64,000 bases of DNA from a virus (taxonomy: Duplodnaviria > Heunggongvirae > Uroviricota > Caudoviricetes), in the IMG/VR virus record IMGVR_UViG_3300029841_000001, positions 64,001-128,000 of that record; one strand, written 5' to 3'. The notes under the pieces were generated by a model. That model was not told the origin of the DNA. It did no database searches and was given only the letters and a program-made list of their open reading frames with translations. Within the stretch, counting starts at the first letter, position 1; every line of letters begins with the position of its first letter. Shown here one piece after another: positions 52,638 to 64,000 of this stretch. Position numbers and translations under genes: made by a program.

Positions 52638-53063
52638 ATGGTTAAATTTGCTTATATTTCACAAATTGAACATGGAGATTATCCATTCGTAGATGCTGTA
52701 GCATCCGCAGATACATTTAATGGTGCGTATGGTGATGTTGCAGATGGAAAATTTACAGTAGGTGCAAAAAAGGGAAAAGTTATCATGCAGATTGAGCGTG
52801 GTGATGACGAGTATATGCCTACTTATAAAATTGTAAAAGGTGAGCATGTAAGAGTTCTTGATCTTGCGAAAGTTGACGGAAAAGCTATTGAAGTTTATGG
52901 TGATGAACTTCCTGCTGATGTAGCAAAAGGTGACAAGCTTGAATCTGATGCTAGCGGAAAGCTTGTAAAAGGTGCTACAGTTGCTCCATATCTGGAAGTA
53001 ACTGGAATTGTAGGAAATCATCTTGGTGTTGAGGTAAAAGTTGTAGCTACAGCTACAGAATAA
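52638..53063 (+). CDS. Head decoration/cement protein
   Basis: Small Gly/Ala/Val-rich protein immediately before the capsid gene. Confidence 0.6.
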   Translation: MVKFAYISQIEHGDYPFVDAVASADTFNGAYGDVADGKFTVGAKKGKVIMQIERGDDEYMPTYKIVKGEHVRVLDLAKVDGKAIEVYGDELPADVAKGDKLESDASGKLVKGATVAPYLEVTGIVGNHLGVEVKVVATATE

Positions 53064-53087
53064 TTTTGATAAGGAGGATAAAATATA

Positions 53088-54188
53088 ATGTCTTATACAT
53101 TTGAATTAAACAATGAAAGAAAAGACGCTAACTATGTTAGTGGAAAAATTAATGGTAAGTCCGCAGTTGTAGAGATTTTCTCTGCTATGACAAACGGAAA
53201 ATCTCTTGATAAATTTGGAAAGAAAGCAGATATTGCTGCAAATTATATCATGGAACTTAATCAAAAGGCTTCTGTTGGAGATGTAACTGCTATTTCTGAG
53301 CTTAATGAGCTTCGTAGATTTGCAATGGAACCAGTTCTTCTTCAAGAAATTAAGCTTCTTGGTATCTATGGAACATACAAGCCACTTGGATACAATGAAT
53401 CTTGCGAAGTTGAAATTACAGATTTTGCAAATCTTCCAGCAAATGAACAAGCTCTTGGTCAGGATGTGAAATTCCCAGTAATCAGAAAGAAACGTGTTCC
53501 AATTACAACAACTACTATCTCTGGTGGTTATGCTGTAGATTACAGAAAAGCTGCTCTTGGTGACATGTCTGATGAGAACACACTTCAAGATCAGGTACGT
53601 GTACAAATTAGAAACAAAGCGGCTCTTTATGTTATGAGAACAGTTTACAATGCACTCAAGAACGCAACTGGCGTTAAATATGTATTTGAAGGCGCAGGAC
53701 TTACAAAAACAGGTGTTGATAAAGTTATTTCTGACGTTAGACGTTTTGGTAAACCAACTGTAGCTGGTGATTATGCACTTATTTCTCAGTTCAACGCATT
53801 TGCAGGATATCAAGGAACGACTCCTACCGTTACAGGTATTTCTGAGGCTGTTATGAAGGAAATCCATGATACTGGACTTATGGGAATGTACAACGGAACA
53901 ATTCTTACAGAGATTCCAAATCAGTATGATCTTACGACTCTTACAGATGATGGTGAAAACTTTAAGACTCTTATTCCAGCAGGTATTGGATTTGTTATGC
54001 CAGCTGGTGGTAGAAGCCCAATTCATACTGTTACAAGAGGTGGGCTAACTTCTATCTCTGGTACAGATATCACAACTGGACAGCTGATTTCCAGAATGGA
54101 TCTCGAAATTGGTGCAATGGTTGAAGAAGGACATGAATATATGGTTGGTCTTATCAGCGATACAAAGCTTGGATCTTTTGATAAATAA
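53088..54188 (+). CDS. Major capsid protein
   Basis: 366 aa, high-expression codon style, synteny. Confidence 0.8.
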   Translation: MSYTFELNNERKDANYVSGKINGKSAVVEIFSAMTNGKSLDKFGKKADIAANYIMELNQKASVGDVTAISELNELRRFAMEPVLLQEIKLLGIYGTYKPLGYNESCEVEITDFANLPANEQALGQDVKFPVIRKKRVPITTTTISGGYAVDYRKAALGDMSDENTLQDQVRVQIRNKAALYVMRTVYNALKNATGVKYVFEGAGLTKTGVDKVISDVRRFGKPTVAGDYALISQFNAFAGYQGTTPTVTGISEAVMKEIHDTGLMGMYNGTILTEIPNQYDLTTLTDDGENFKTLIPAGIGFVMPAGGRSPIHTVTRGGLTSISGTDITTGQLISRMDLEIGAMVEEGHEYMVGLISDTKLGSFDK

Positions 54189-54256
54189 TATTCTTTAAAA
54201 TAAATATAAATGGAGCCATACATTAATTTGTGTGGCTCTAATTTAATGGAGCGAAT

Positions 54257-54436
54257 ATGAGCGAATATTTTTATTGCTATTCAAAAAGAATGGCATATTT
54301 TATTATGGCTTTTGGTATTCGCTATGTTACATATTCCGTAAACAAGCGTACAAATACGCCATATTACACTTTTGAAAAATCAAAACGTTTGGATCAAATT
54401 ATAGTTTTGTATAAATCTGTAATCCATTCTGTTTGA
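54257..54436 (+). CDS. DUF5659-like small protein; absent from ORF track
   Basis: MSEYFYCYSKRMAYFIMAFGIRY...YYTFEKSKRL. Confidence 0.6.
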   Translation: MSEYFYCYSKRMAYFIMAFGIRYVTYSVNKRTNTPYYTFEKSKRLDQIIVLYKSVIHSV

Positions 54437-54498
54437 AGTTATTAATTAGTCAATTAGTGAAATAGTCGAAATCGAAAAAGTAATTGAAAGGAAATATA

Positions 54499-57400
54499 AT
54501 GGCAGTTAGTAAAAAAGTTGAAAATAATACAAAACCAGTAACACAAAGAAAACCCTCTTCTACTACTTCTACTGATGAGAAGAAAGAAGTTGAGAAAAAG
54601 GTTGAACCAAAAATTGTAAAATATAATCCAGAAAAGAAAGTAACCGTAAGAAGTATTGCAAACTGGACTACAGGATTCCAAAGAATTGAATCTAATGGTG
54701 ATGTTACTATTCCTGCTAATGGATCAGTAAGACTTTTAGCAAGTGAAATTATCACACAGGTTCAAAATGGAAATCTTCTCTTTACAGGAATTGATGGACA
54801 AGGTACACATGCAACTCTATACATCGAAGATAAACCAACTAGAATTGAGGCTGATTTTGAAACCGAAACAACAAATCAAGTTGTAATTTGTGAGGAAATT
54901 GTAAAAAATCTTTTCGCAAAGAACAAAAAAGATTTTGAATCAGAACTTATAGAACTTGTAAAAACACGTGCAGAGGAATTTGCAATTATTGGGATTATTC
55001 GTAATCTAAAAATTAACGATTATGAAAAAGTTAGAGCAGTTGAAAATCTAACTGGACTTAGAGTATAAGGATGGTGAATTGATGGAGAAAAACACAACTT
55101 ATACAGAAGTTATAGATAGCTTTCATAGTACATTTCAAGATAAAGTTGTTATACCAGAAGGACTTGAAAAAGTATGGTTTTTAAAAGCAGTTGGAAAATA
55201 TTCTTTTGAGATTGACTCCATCAATTTTGATGAAGAATTAAATGAGTTTGATTCTAAATTAAAAAGATACACAATAGATACTCTTGGTCTTATGATGAAG
55301 AAATTTTATCAAGAACGTGAGCTATCAAAAGTTAATAAACGTATCAGTATTGTTTCTAAAGATTTATCTATTGATGGTTCTAATGGAAGTAAATCTGCTA
55401 CGCTAAATGAACTTGCAAAAGTATCCGAAGAATTAAACGAAATGATATATAAGCAAACTCCTTCTGCTTATGACTAGGAGGTGTCTAAATGCAAGAATGG
55501 TATTTAATGACACCAGAAACTAGACCTAATATCACAGGTGGTTTTGAAAATGAATCACATGTAAATTATAAAAAAGATGCTTTTGATGAATCATTACAAA
55601 CAGATATTGCTACTACTGTTACACTATTTAAAAGTGATTTAACAGATGGAAAATTAGTAAGATGTATTATTCAAGGGAATATAGCTGATACACAGCTTAA
55701 ATCATTTGAACGTATTGGGTTATTTCAAATAGGAACTGTTTTAGCAGGAATGTATATTCTTTACGAAGATAGATACTGGCTTATTACAGGGTATCCAGGG
55801 AATAATGGAATCTATGAAAAAGTTACTCTTTCATTATGTCAATTTAAAATCAAGTGGCAAGATGATAATGGTAAAGTTATAGAACGTTGGTGTAATGGCG
55901 CATCAGCCAGCAAATATGATACAGGTAGAACTGGGAATCAATATGTAATTTTGACTTCAAATAACTTTACAGTATTACTTCCTGATGATAACGATTCAGC
56001 AAGTTTAGATGGTAAACGTGTGTTTATTGATAGAAATATTAATAATCCACGTAAAGTATTTAAAATCACTAGGTCTGATGATATTTTATATCTCTTTGGT
56101 GAAACTCATGGTGGAATTTTAAGTTTTATTGCAGATAAGAATGAATTTGATCCTAATTGCGATAGACCAGATTTAGGAATTTGTAATTATATTGATCCAA
56201 ATATTTTTAAAAATCCAGAACTACCAAAAGATAATTCTTCTATAGATAATATATCCGCCACAATCACGGGAAATACTAACTTAAAAATTGGAATATCTCG
56301 TACCTATACTGTATCTTTTATGAACGGTAATTCAAAAATTGAAGCTTCATCTATTGATTTTAAATGGTATATAAAGTCTAAATTTCCAATAGAACAAAAA
56401 GTATCTGGTGAATATAATGAAAATATTACATTAAAGGTTTCAGACGAGGATTATATTGATGATATTTTTGAACTTCAAATTATTGTCAATGAATCTATTT
56501 TATCCAAAAAAGAAATCACTATCGTTGATGTTATTTAGGAGGTGCTATGAACAATTCAAACATTTTGCATATTGTAACAGAATATAAGAACAAAATCATG
56601 CAACTTCTAATCAGCAACGAAAATTATCGAAAATTATTATCTCCTGAAAAAAGTAAATGTGAAGAACTTGATGAAGTTGATGTTATTCGTGGTGGAGAAT
56701 GGATTATAAATGAAAAGAAATGGACAGAGCAAGGACATGTTTTTGATCATGACTTTGTTGACGATGCTATAAAAGAAAAGAAAGTTTTTACGTTTGTTGA
56801 CGCTAATATTTCTAGCATTACAAATAATATGTTTATTGATTTTGATTTATATATATTTCCATTTGTAGATAAAGATTTAATCCGATTATCTAAATACTCA
56901 TCTCCTACCGCTAAAGAAGTGAAAGAAATGGGATATTATGCGACAAGCACATACGCAAATCGAATAGATGCTATGTGTGAATGTATTGAAAGCATTATGT
57001 CAAATACAGATAAAATCAAAGGATTAGGGGAAGTAAAACCTGCATATAGAAATTTTCTACAAACATATAGACCAAACAATCAATACTATGGTAAATGCTT
57101 ATGTTATCAAATCAAAAATTATAATGTTGGTGGTGATAATTGTGAAATTTACTAAAGATAGTATGCAGGATTATTTACTATATGATACTCCATATAAATA
57201 TAATGATGTATTAACTATACATCCTATTACGATGGCAAATATATTATCTTTTAATAAATATCAGAAAGCATTTATGATTCGCAAAAATGCAATTTTTACA
57301 GAAAAGAAATTTATTAAAATGTCGTATTATAATTTTATCAAATATGCTTCAAAAGATTTTTCTGTAGCAGAAAAATATAATATGCCGATATTACCATTTT

Positions 57401-57918
57401 GCTTTAAAATGAGTTGTTATCTTTTAACTCTTATGTGCGGAGATGGTTCACAATTAACATATGATCCAGAAACATTAGATGTGTGGATTAATGATTTTTT
57501 GATTACAGATGATGTTTTTGATGATTTACGCAGAATATTTATTATTCAAAATGATGTTGATTTTGACATTGATGAATTTATGAATATTGATGCGATAAAT
57601 GCATTAGAAAAAGCACGAGAACATGAAGCAAAAAAGCACAAGAGTGATGCAAGTACCGAGGATTATATTGATTCTCTAGCCGTAGCACTTCATGTTACAA
57701 ATGATTATATTGAGAATTTAACAATTAGAAAATTTTGGAGATATATTAGAAGAATACAGAAACATGAAGAATATCAAGCTTGTCATACTGGCGAAATGGG
57801 TGGATTTGTAAAATTCAAAGAACCACTTCAACATTGGATGACCAGTATGGAAGTTGTAGATAAATATGAAAATTTAAAAACAAACGAGGATGATCTTAGA
57901 AGCAAAATCGAAGGATAA
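54499..57918 (+). CDS. Head-tail connector/neck/tail completion genes (54499-55068, 55079-55477, 55489-56538, 56547-57155, 57142-57918)
   Basis: Synteny between capsid and major tail genes, as in SPbeta-like phages. Confidence 0.65.
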
Positions 57919-57962
57919 TGCTTCTTTTTTTATTGCTCAAATATAAGAAAGGAGTCATTAAA

Positions 57963-58964
57963 ATGGCAAAGAATTCTAAAGACTTTTTAGTATCTGTAGC
58001 GGATGTTGCATTTTATGTTGATGGCGCACTTGCATTTACAGGTACAACCGCACTCAATACATCCATTTCCGTATCAATGGAAGACCAAGAAGTAACTGGT
58101 GGTAAAGGTGCTAAGACATTATTTAAATATAAATATGGTAGAAAACTTTCTCCAACAATTGAAATGGCAGATTGGAATCTTTCATATATCGCAGCAAATA
58201 CAGGTTCTCAAATTGCTACTGCTCTTAGAGATGTTTGTGCTATCGCTGAATGTGTAACACTTACAAAGGGTGTTGGTACACTTGCTCATGAGCCAGTTGC
58301 AGGTGGAAAAGCTTATGTAGAAAAAGAAGATGGAACAATCGTAGAAGCTAGTGTAAAAGGAAGTACTATTACTGTTGGCTCTGCTGACGCTACAGTTAAA
58401 GCTACATATAAATTTAAGAAGAGTGCAAAATTCATTACAATTGATGCAGATTCCGCACCTCTTATCGGTACTCTTATTCTATCCGCAGATAGATATAATA
58501 ATAAGAAAGGTAAAGTAGGACAGGTTCAGATTGAAATTCCTTCTTTCCAACCAAACGGTACATTCGATATTTCTCTTGAAGCAGAAGGTGTATCTTCTTT
58601 CTCCATTGAAGGTGACGCTCTCGCTGTTGACGGAGATAGCTGTGCAGATGGTACTGTATACGCTTACGTAACAGAAGTAAATGATGGTGATGCTGATGTA
58701 GCTATTACTGATATTGCTGTAACTCCTGCGGAAGTTGCAATTAAAGGTAAAGGTACTGCTGATCTTTCCGTCATCGGACTTCGAGGTGGACTCTATTCTA
58801 ATGTATCTATTGATGCATCTGAATGTGAATTTGCTTCCGAGGCTATCGCAACAGCAACCGTTAAAGACGGAACAATCACAGGCGTAGCTGCTGGTACAAC
58901 ATATGTAACAGTAACACATAAAGCATCTGGTTGTAAAGATATCGTTAAGGTAGTTGTATCTTAA
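57963..58964 (+). CDS. Major tail protein with C-terminal Ig-like (Big_2) domain
   Basis: ATVKDGTITGVAAGTTYVTVT Ig-like signature. Confidence 0.8.
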   Translation: MAKNSKDFLVSVADVAFYVDGALAFTGTTALNTSISVSMEDQEVTGGKGAKTLFKYKYGRKLSPTIEMADWNLSYIAANTGSQIATALRDVCAIAECVTLTKGVGTLAHEPVAGGKAYVEKEDGTIVEASVKGSTITVGSADATVKATYKFKKSAKFITIDADSAPLIGTLILSADRYNNKKGKVGQVQIEIPSFQPNGTFDISLEAEGVSSFSIEGDALAVDGDSCADGTVYAYVTEVNDGDADVAITDIAVTPAEVAIKGKGTADLSVIGLRGGLYSNVSIDASECEFASEAIATATVKDGTITGVAAGTTYVTVTHKASGCKDIVKVVVS

Positions 58965-58978
58965 TTGATTTAAAAAAT

Positions 58979-59008
58979 TAGGGGGAGGAAATTTCTTCCC
59001 CCTTCTAT
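58979..59008 (+). terminator. Hairpin/terminator after the tail gene
   Basis: AGGGGGAGGAAATTTCTTCCCCTT. Confidence 0.55.
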
Positions 59009-59023
59009 TAAAGGTAAGTAAAA

Positions 59024-59495
59024 ATGTGTAAAAATTGTTCAGAAAAACTTGTAGAAAGAACTGGGCGAATCATGCTTTTTTGTAAATTAAAAGGTGATAT
59101 TACAGATGAAGATTTGTCTAAACTTTGTACATGTCAAAGATATTGTAATGAAAAAGATAGATATATCCCATATAAACAAAGGGAGAACTGTAAAAATTTT
59201 GAGAATATATGTTAGTGTTAAATATTATAGGGTTAGTAGAGATAAAAACACTAATATGTCTTTTATTTGTACTAACCCTATTTTTTACGCTAAAAAAGAA
59301 AGGTGTGATACTTAATTGAAAATAGATCGTGAATATAGCACGAATTGGTCAGAAGAATGTAAATATCTCCTGGAACACGGAATTAGATATGTTTTTGTTA
59401 AAAATATTGATGGTGTGACTACATGGAAATATAAAAAGAATGAAGAATTATTTCTAACACTTGCGGAATTTTATGCAAATGTATACACGAGGTAA
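59024..59495 (+). CDS. Two small genes: Cys-rich 59024-59215 and DUF5659-like 59316-59495
   Basis: Read directly; the second begins TTG after AAAGGTG. Confidence 0.6.
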
Positions 59496-59497
59496 AT

Positions 59498-60010
59498 ATG
59501 GCAAGAAGTGTAGGCAAACAATTTGAAGATAATATAAAGGCATCTTGTCCAAAAAGGCTTTTGGTTTATAGACCACCAGACGCAGCTCAATCATTTAATA
59601 TGACTTCAAAATTACGATTCAGTCAGCACTCTCCCGCTGATTTTTTCTTTTTTAATGGAGAAAACGGATTTTTTTATGTGATTGAATGTAAAACATTTCA
59701 AGGATCGTGTAGTTTTGAAAGAGACAAAAATGACAAAGGAATAATTCATTATTATCAAGTAGAATCTCTGAAAAAGTTCTCTTCCTATGAAAGAGTGATT
59801 TCAGGGTTCTTTTTAGATTTTAGAAAAACTGACAATACGTATTTTTTATCAATACAGGATTTTATTAAAATGGAGAATAATTTAAATAAGAAGAGTTTTA
59901 ATGAACAAGATATGTTTAACTACTGTTCTCCCATTGTAATTGAAAAAAAGAAATTAAAAGTAAACTATAGATATAATATAGAAAAATTTCTATTGGATAG
60001 TTTAAATTAG
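59498..60010 (+). CDS. RecU-like Holliday junction resolvase
   Basis: GKQFE...PADF...IECKT...HYYQV PD-(D/E)XK pattern. Confidence 0.75.
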   Translation: MARSVGKQFEDNIKASCPKRLLVYRPPDAAQSFNMTSKLRFSQHSPADFFFFNGENGFFYVIECKTFQGSCSFERDKNDKGIIHYYQVESLKKFSSYERVISGFFLDFRKTDNTYFLSIQDFIKMENNLNKKSFNEQDMFNYCSPIVIEKKKLKVNYRYNIEKFLLDSLN

Positions 60011-60032
60011 TTGAAAAGTGAGGAATTAATTT

Positions 60033-61108
60033 ATGATCAAAAATAATTTACGTATCAAAGAAAATATTACACTTATGGATCAAGTAAATGCTATTGAATT
60101 TATTTCTGAATATTATTTTCAGAATGGTAGATATACACCATATTATGCAAAAACGGCTGAAACTATCGCTATTGCTACATATTTCATCACAGGGTATACA
60201 CTTGAAAAAGATGAAAATGGAAATACCGAAAATCTTCTAAAATTGTGCTATGAAGATGAAGATATGCAAAATGCAATTGAAACTTTTAGAGAAGATAGAT
60301 TTGTTTATAAGAATATCAGAGAATTTATAAATGAACAAGTTGCTGATAAAGTAGATTTTATGAAAAATAAAATCATTCATGCAAATCCAGATCTCGATAT
60401 TATTGTAGAAGCCGCAAATGTAATTATTGAATCTTTAGCTAATTTTGCAAATATGAATGTTGAGTTAATGAACCCAGAAAATATGCAAACAGTGATTCAA
60501 GTTGCACAAAAACTAAAAGATTCTAATATTCCAATCACAAAGGAGTTTATTACACAGGTTATTTGTGATGCAGCCGCATTTGATTTTGATAATGCTACAA
60601 AAGAAATTCTTGATGGTAAAAATGAGCAAATTAAAAATTTGTCAGACGAAAACAAAGAATTAAGAAAATATAAAATGTTATGGGATTCTCGTAATACAAA
60701 TAAATAAGGAGAAATATTATGGGTGGATCATTTGATTCATGGGGTGCGTTAGAAGCTGCTTTGCAAGCAGAATTGGAAAGTGCAATGAATGAAACAGAAT
60801 CTTTGTGTTATTTGGATGCCGTAAAAAACACAAGTGATTATCGACAAGTTCAACCGAAAGTATATGAAGTAACTGGACAGCTTGAAAACTCTGGAAGATC
60901 CACGGGTGTTGTAGGTGGAGGAAATAGTTACTCATTTGATATTTATGATGATATGATGTTTGATTACGACACAGGTACATGGTCTACCCCCAAAGTATTC
61001 ACTGTTGCAGAAGCAGGTGGATTAATTAACCCAGGAGGATTTTGGGAAAAGACCGAAGCAGATATACAAAAAAATATAGATGCTGTTTTTAGTGCACATT
61101 TTGGATAA
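60033..61108 (+). CDS. Two tail-region genes (60033-60707, 60719-61108)
   Basis: Position before the tape measure gene. Confidence 0.6.
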
Positions 61109-61183
61109 TAAAATATGATTTTTGGAGAGATTATATTCTCTCCTTTTTTGTTACAAAAAATATGAATAAAGGAGGGAATAAAC

Positions 61184-63703
61184 TTGAGTGATTTTAGAGC
61201 GCATATAGTTGGTAACTTGGACTTATCAGAAGCTAGAAGTCAAATGGAAAGCTTCTTGAATGAATATAAAGATAAAAAACTTAAAATAACACCTGAGATA
61301 AATACTTCTCAAGCTCAAAAAGCAGGTGAACAAGTAGCTCAAGCCGTTTCTAAGGGCATGGAAAAAAGCGCACAAAGTACAGGTGCTCAATTTGCACAGG
61401 CTGTTTCTAAAGGTGCTTCAAAGAGCAAAAAAGGAAAAGATCTATTTGGATTCTCAGAAGAACAACAAAAAGTACGTAAAAAAATAGCGAAAGATGCAGA
61501 ATTATTACAGGAGTCATATCCTGGATTAAATAAAAAAGACGCTAAAAAGGATGCTCGTGGATATTATACAGCGCAAGAATCTGAACGTAAAAAAGCTGAT
61601 CAGGCGGCTCAAAAAGCTTCTGAACAAAAAATGAAGGATTCTATCTCTGCTATTAATGAAGAATCCAAAGCAAGAGAAAGAGCGGAAAAACAAAATTATC
61701 AGACACGTAAGAAAAATGCCGATGCAATAATGAAAGAATCTCTTGCTAATATTGAAAAACAAAGCAAGAATAAAGCAGATATTATTAAAGCACAAGCATC
61801 TGGAAAAGATTCTACAGTTGATGTACTAAAAGAGCAAAGAAAGCAACTAAGATCAGAAGGAAGAAAGCTACAAAAAGAAATGCGTAGCTATAATGATATA
61901 TACTCTCCATCGGAACGTTCTCAGATTCTTCGTAATAAGAGAATGGAAAGTTCATATGATGTTGATATGGCTCGTGCGGCTGTATCAGATAAAGTAGCTG
62001 CTTCTTTGAAAGTAAGTTCTTCTGGAAGTGCATCATCTTCTAATTCTACAAAGTCTGGAAATAACAAAATCAGATATAATGTTGAAACAGGTAACTATGC
62101 TGCAAGATCTTCAAAAATGGAAAAGCAACTTTCTGTGTATAGTGGTCAAGATACCGAAAATGTAGCAAAAGCTACTATTGCTCTTAAAACATACAATGAA
62201 GAATTAGGAAATTTACAGAATCATTTTAACGGAAGTAAACGCATGAATGGTTCAGAACTTGCCGCAAGCTTTGAAAGAATGACTAAGGCAGGGGACACAT
62301 TTAAAAACACTCTTTCTCAGATTAATGATACTCAATCGAAAAATTTAGCAACGGGTGTTGCTGAACGAGGTGCGAATAAAATTGCAGCTTATTACGAAGC
62401 AAATAGTAAAGCTGTAAAAAAATATGGAGCATCTTTAAAAGAGCTTGAAAGTCAATATCGAAATGCCAAAACCGTTGAAGATAAAGGTAATATAGAAAAT
62501 GAATTTTCTACTCTTAAATCAAGAATTTCAGCTGAAGGATTGACTGGAAAATCTGGATTAGATGAAGCGAAAAGAGCTTTTAAGCAGATTGGACAATTTG
62601 CAATGACATATGGATTAATCCAAAATACTGTTATGCAAATTCCATCTCAAATGATTAGTGCTGTTAAAGACTATGATTCTGCTATGACCAATATGCAGAT
62701 GGCAACAGGTATATCAAATAATCAAGCACAAGAACTTATGAATACTTATTCAGATATGGGTAAACAATTAAAAGTTACTGGTGTAGATGTTGCCACTTCT
62801 GCTACAGAATGGATGAAACAAGGTAAAACAATTGAAGAATCAAACAAACTTGCACAAGATTCTATTGTTTTATCCAAGATTGGTGATTTGTCTTCCGATG
62901 ATGCTACAAGAACCATTACCGCTGCTATGAAATCATATGATTTGAATGAGTCTCAAGTTATGGATTTCGTTGATCAGATTTCTGCAATTGATATGGCTTC
63001 TGGTACTGATGTTGGTGGATTAGCAAATGCTTTTAACGAGGTTGCAGCCAATGCAAATCAGGCAGGTATTAGTACAAAACAACTTTTATCTTATGCTGCT
63101 GTAATTGGTGAAACTACACAGGAAGGAATGTCTTCTGTTGGCACATCTCTTAATGCAATTTTCTCTCGTATGGGTAATATCAAACTTTCACGTTTAAAAG
63201 ATTATCAAAATGGTGGAGAAGATTTATCTAATGTAGAAACTGTATTAAAAGGTGTTGGAATCTCTCTTAGAGATACGGATGGAGAATTTAAAAATTTTGG
63301 TGATGTATTAGATGATACTGCGGCTAGATGGTCTGATTTTGGCACAGTTCAGCAAAGGGCGGTTGCACAGGCATTTGCAGGCACAAACCATATGAATGAT
63401 TTCATGGTGTTGATGCAACAATATTCAAAAGCTCAAGAATATATGCAGACAGCGAGTGATGCATCTGGCACATCAATGGAAAAATATGGTGCTTATACAG
63501 ATTCTTTTGAAGGTAAACTTGAAGGACTTGAAAGTACATTTGAATCCTTATCAAATACAGTAGTAAATTCTGATTTCTTAAAGGGTACTATAGATACAGG
63601 AACTCAAGCACTTGAGATATTTGATAAAGTAACTAATTCTTTAGGTGTGATAAACACAGCAGCAATCGGACTAGGTATATTCCAAGGCAAAAACAACAGC
63701 GGT
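61184..63703 (+). CDS. Tail tape measure protein, 5' exon
   Basis: Ala-rich helical protein with TP901-type TMP core (VGTSLNAIFSR); reading frame closes shortly after a predicted 5' splice site. Confidence 0.88.
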
Positions 63704-64000
63704 GAGAGTACATGGGATTCGCCCCATGCGTTCTTCAAAACGACTTATGCCGCTTGAGAGTTTAGCAGTAATGTGTACGAGTTTATTTATAAACAAGGAC
63801 TCTCTGGTAACTTTCTTAAATGGAGTGGGTGGTAATGCCCCACTCTCCTGTTATGAATGACAGGACGGGAAACTTTCACAGTTCAAAAGGCTGTGTCACA
63901 TGAGTTTGATACTAAACTTATATTTAATAGGTATAAGTGGCAAATCTGAAAGGATGAGGTATAGTAACAATTCAAACTACGAAGTGATCCGCAGGCAAGG
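63704..64000 (+). ncRNA. Probable group I intron (5' part)
   Basis: P1: exon AGCGGU pairs with GCCGCU (63749-63754) with U.G at the splice site; P-like GACGGGAAAC at 63864; Q-like GATCCGCAGGCAAG at 63986. Confidence 0.75.

Larger units (their letters stand above)
1..64000. mobile_element. Large SPbeta-like temperate phage/prophage segment
   Basis: YonO-like RNAP, terminase-portal-protease-capsid-tail-tape measure module, antirepressors and tRNAs; no host housekeeping operons. Confidence 0.93.

Noticed and set aside
53106..54026. 306-aa antisense ORF over the capsid gene
   Set aside because: Shadow ORF caused by the codon bias of a highly expressed gene.
36402..61150. Recurring GGAGAG...CTCTCC hairpins (about 36403, 41746, 43720, 61124) and CTACTCTCCTATTT
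   Set aside because: Adequately explained as intrinsic terminators or RBS-occluding stems; no further evidence for a distinct element.
1..64000. Diversity-generating retroelement, retron or IS transposase
   Set aside because: No reverse transcriptase (YxDD) or transposase ORF recognised, and no TR/VR pair seen.

Overview
This AT-rich 64-kb window is part of a large SPbeta-like temperate siphovirus or prophage of a Bacillota host (probably Clostridia/Lachnospiraceae, inferred from gene style). The left arm (1-24.5 kb, minus strand) is a dense array of small early/accessory genes, including a tyrosine recombinase, antirepressors, a Lar-like protein, a beta-clamp homologue, DUF3560 and ArdA. 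A divergent promoter pair with an HTH gene (~24.8-25.2 kb) is followed by a 2-kb non-coding region with mirror-image strand bias and DnaA boxes. The right arm (plus strand) carries a Rep-like gene, a deaminase, a CoiA-like nuclease, a YonO-type single-subunit RNA polymerase, tRNAs flanking a probable GOLLD RNA, PhoH, ClpP, HU, a second tyrosine recombinase, DUF262 and the head and tail genes. The tape-measure gene is interrupted by a probable group I intron that runs off the window end. The most striking unexplained signal is a 16-bp inverted repeat, TRAAA-N6-TTTYA, found about 18 times in the left arm, nearly always at a gene junction between the stop codon of one gene and the RBS of the next. 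It suggests an integron-like gene-cassette array in a phage, possibly shuffled by the nearby tyrosine recombinase. Gene calls come from motif recognition only; no database searches were run.
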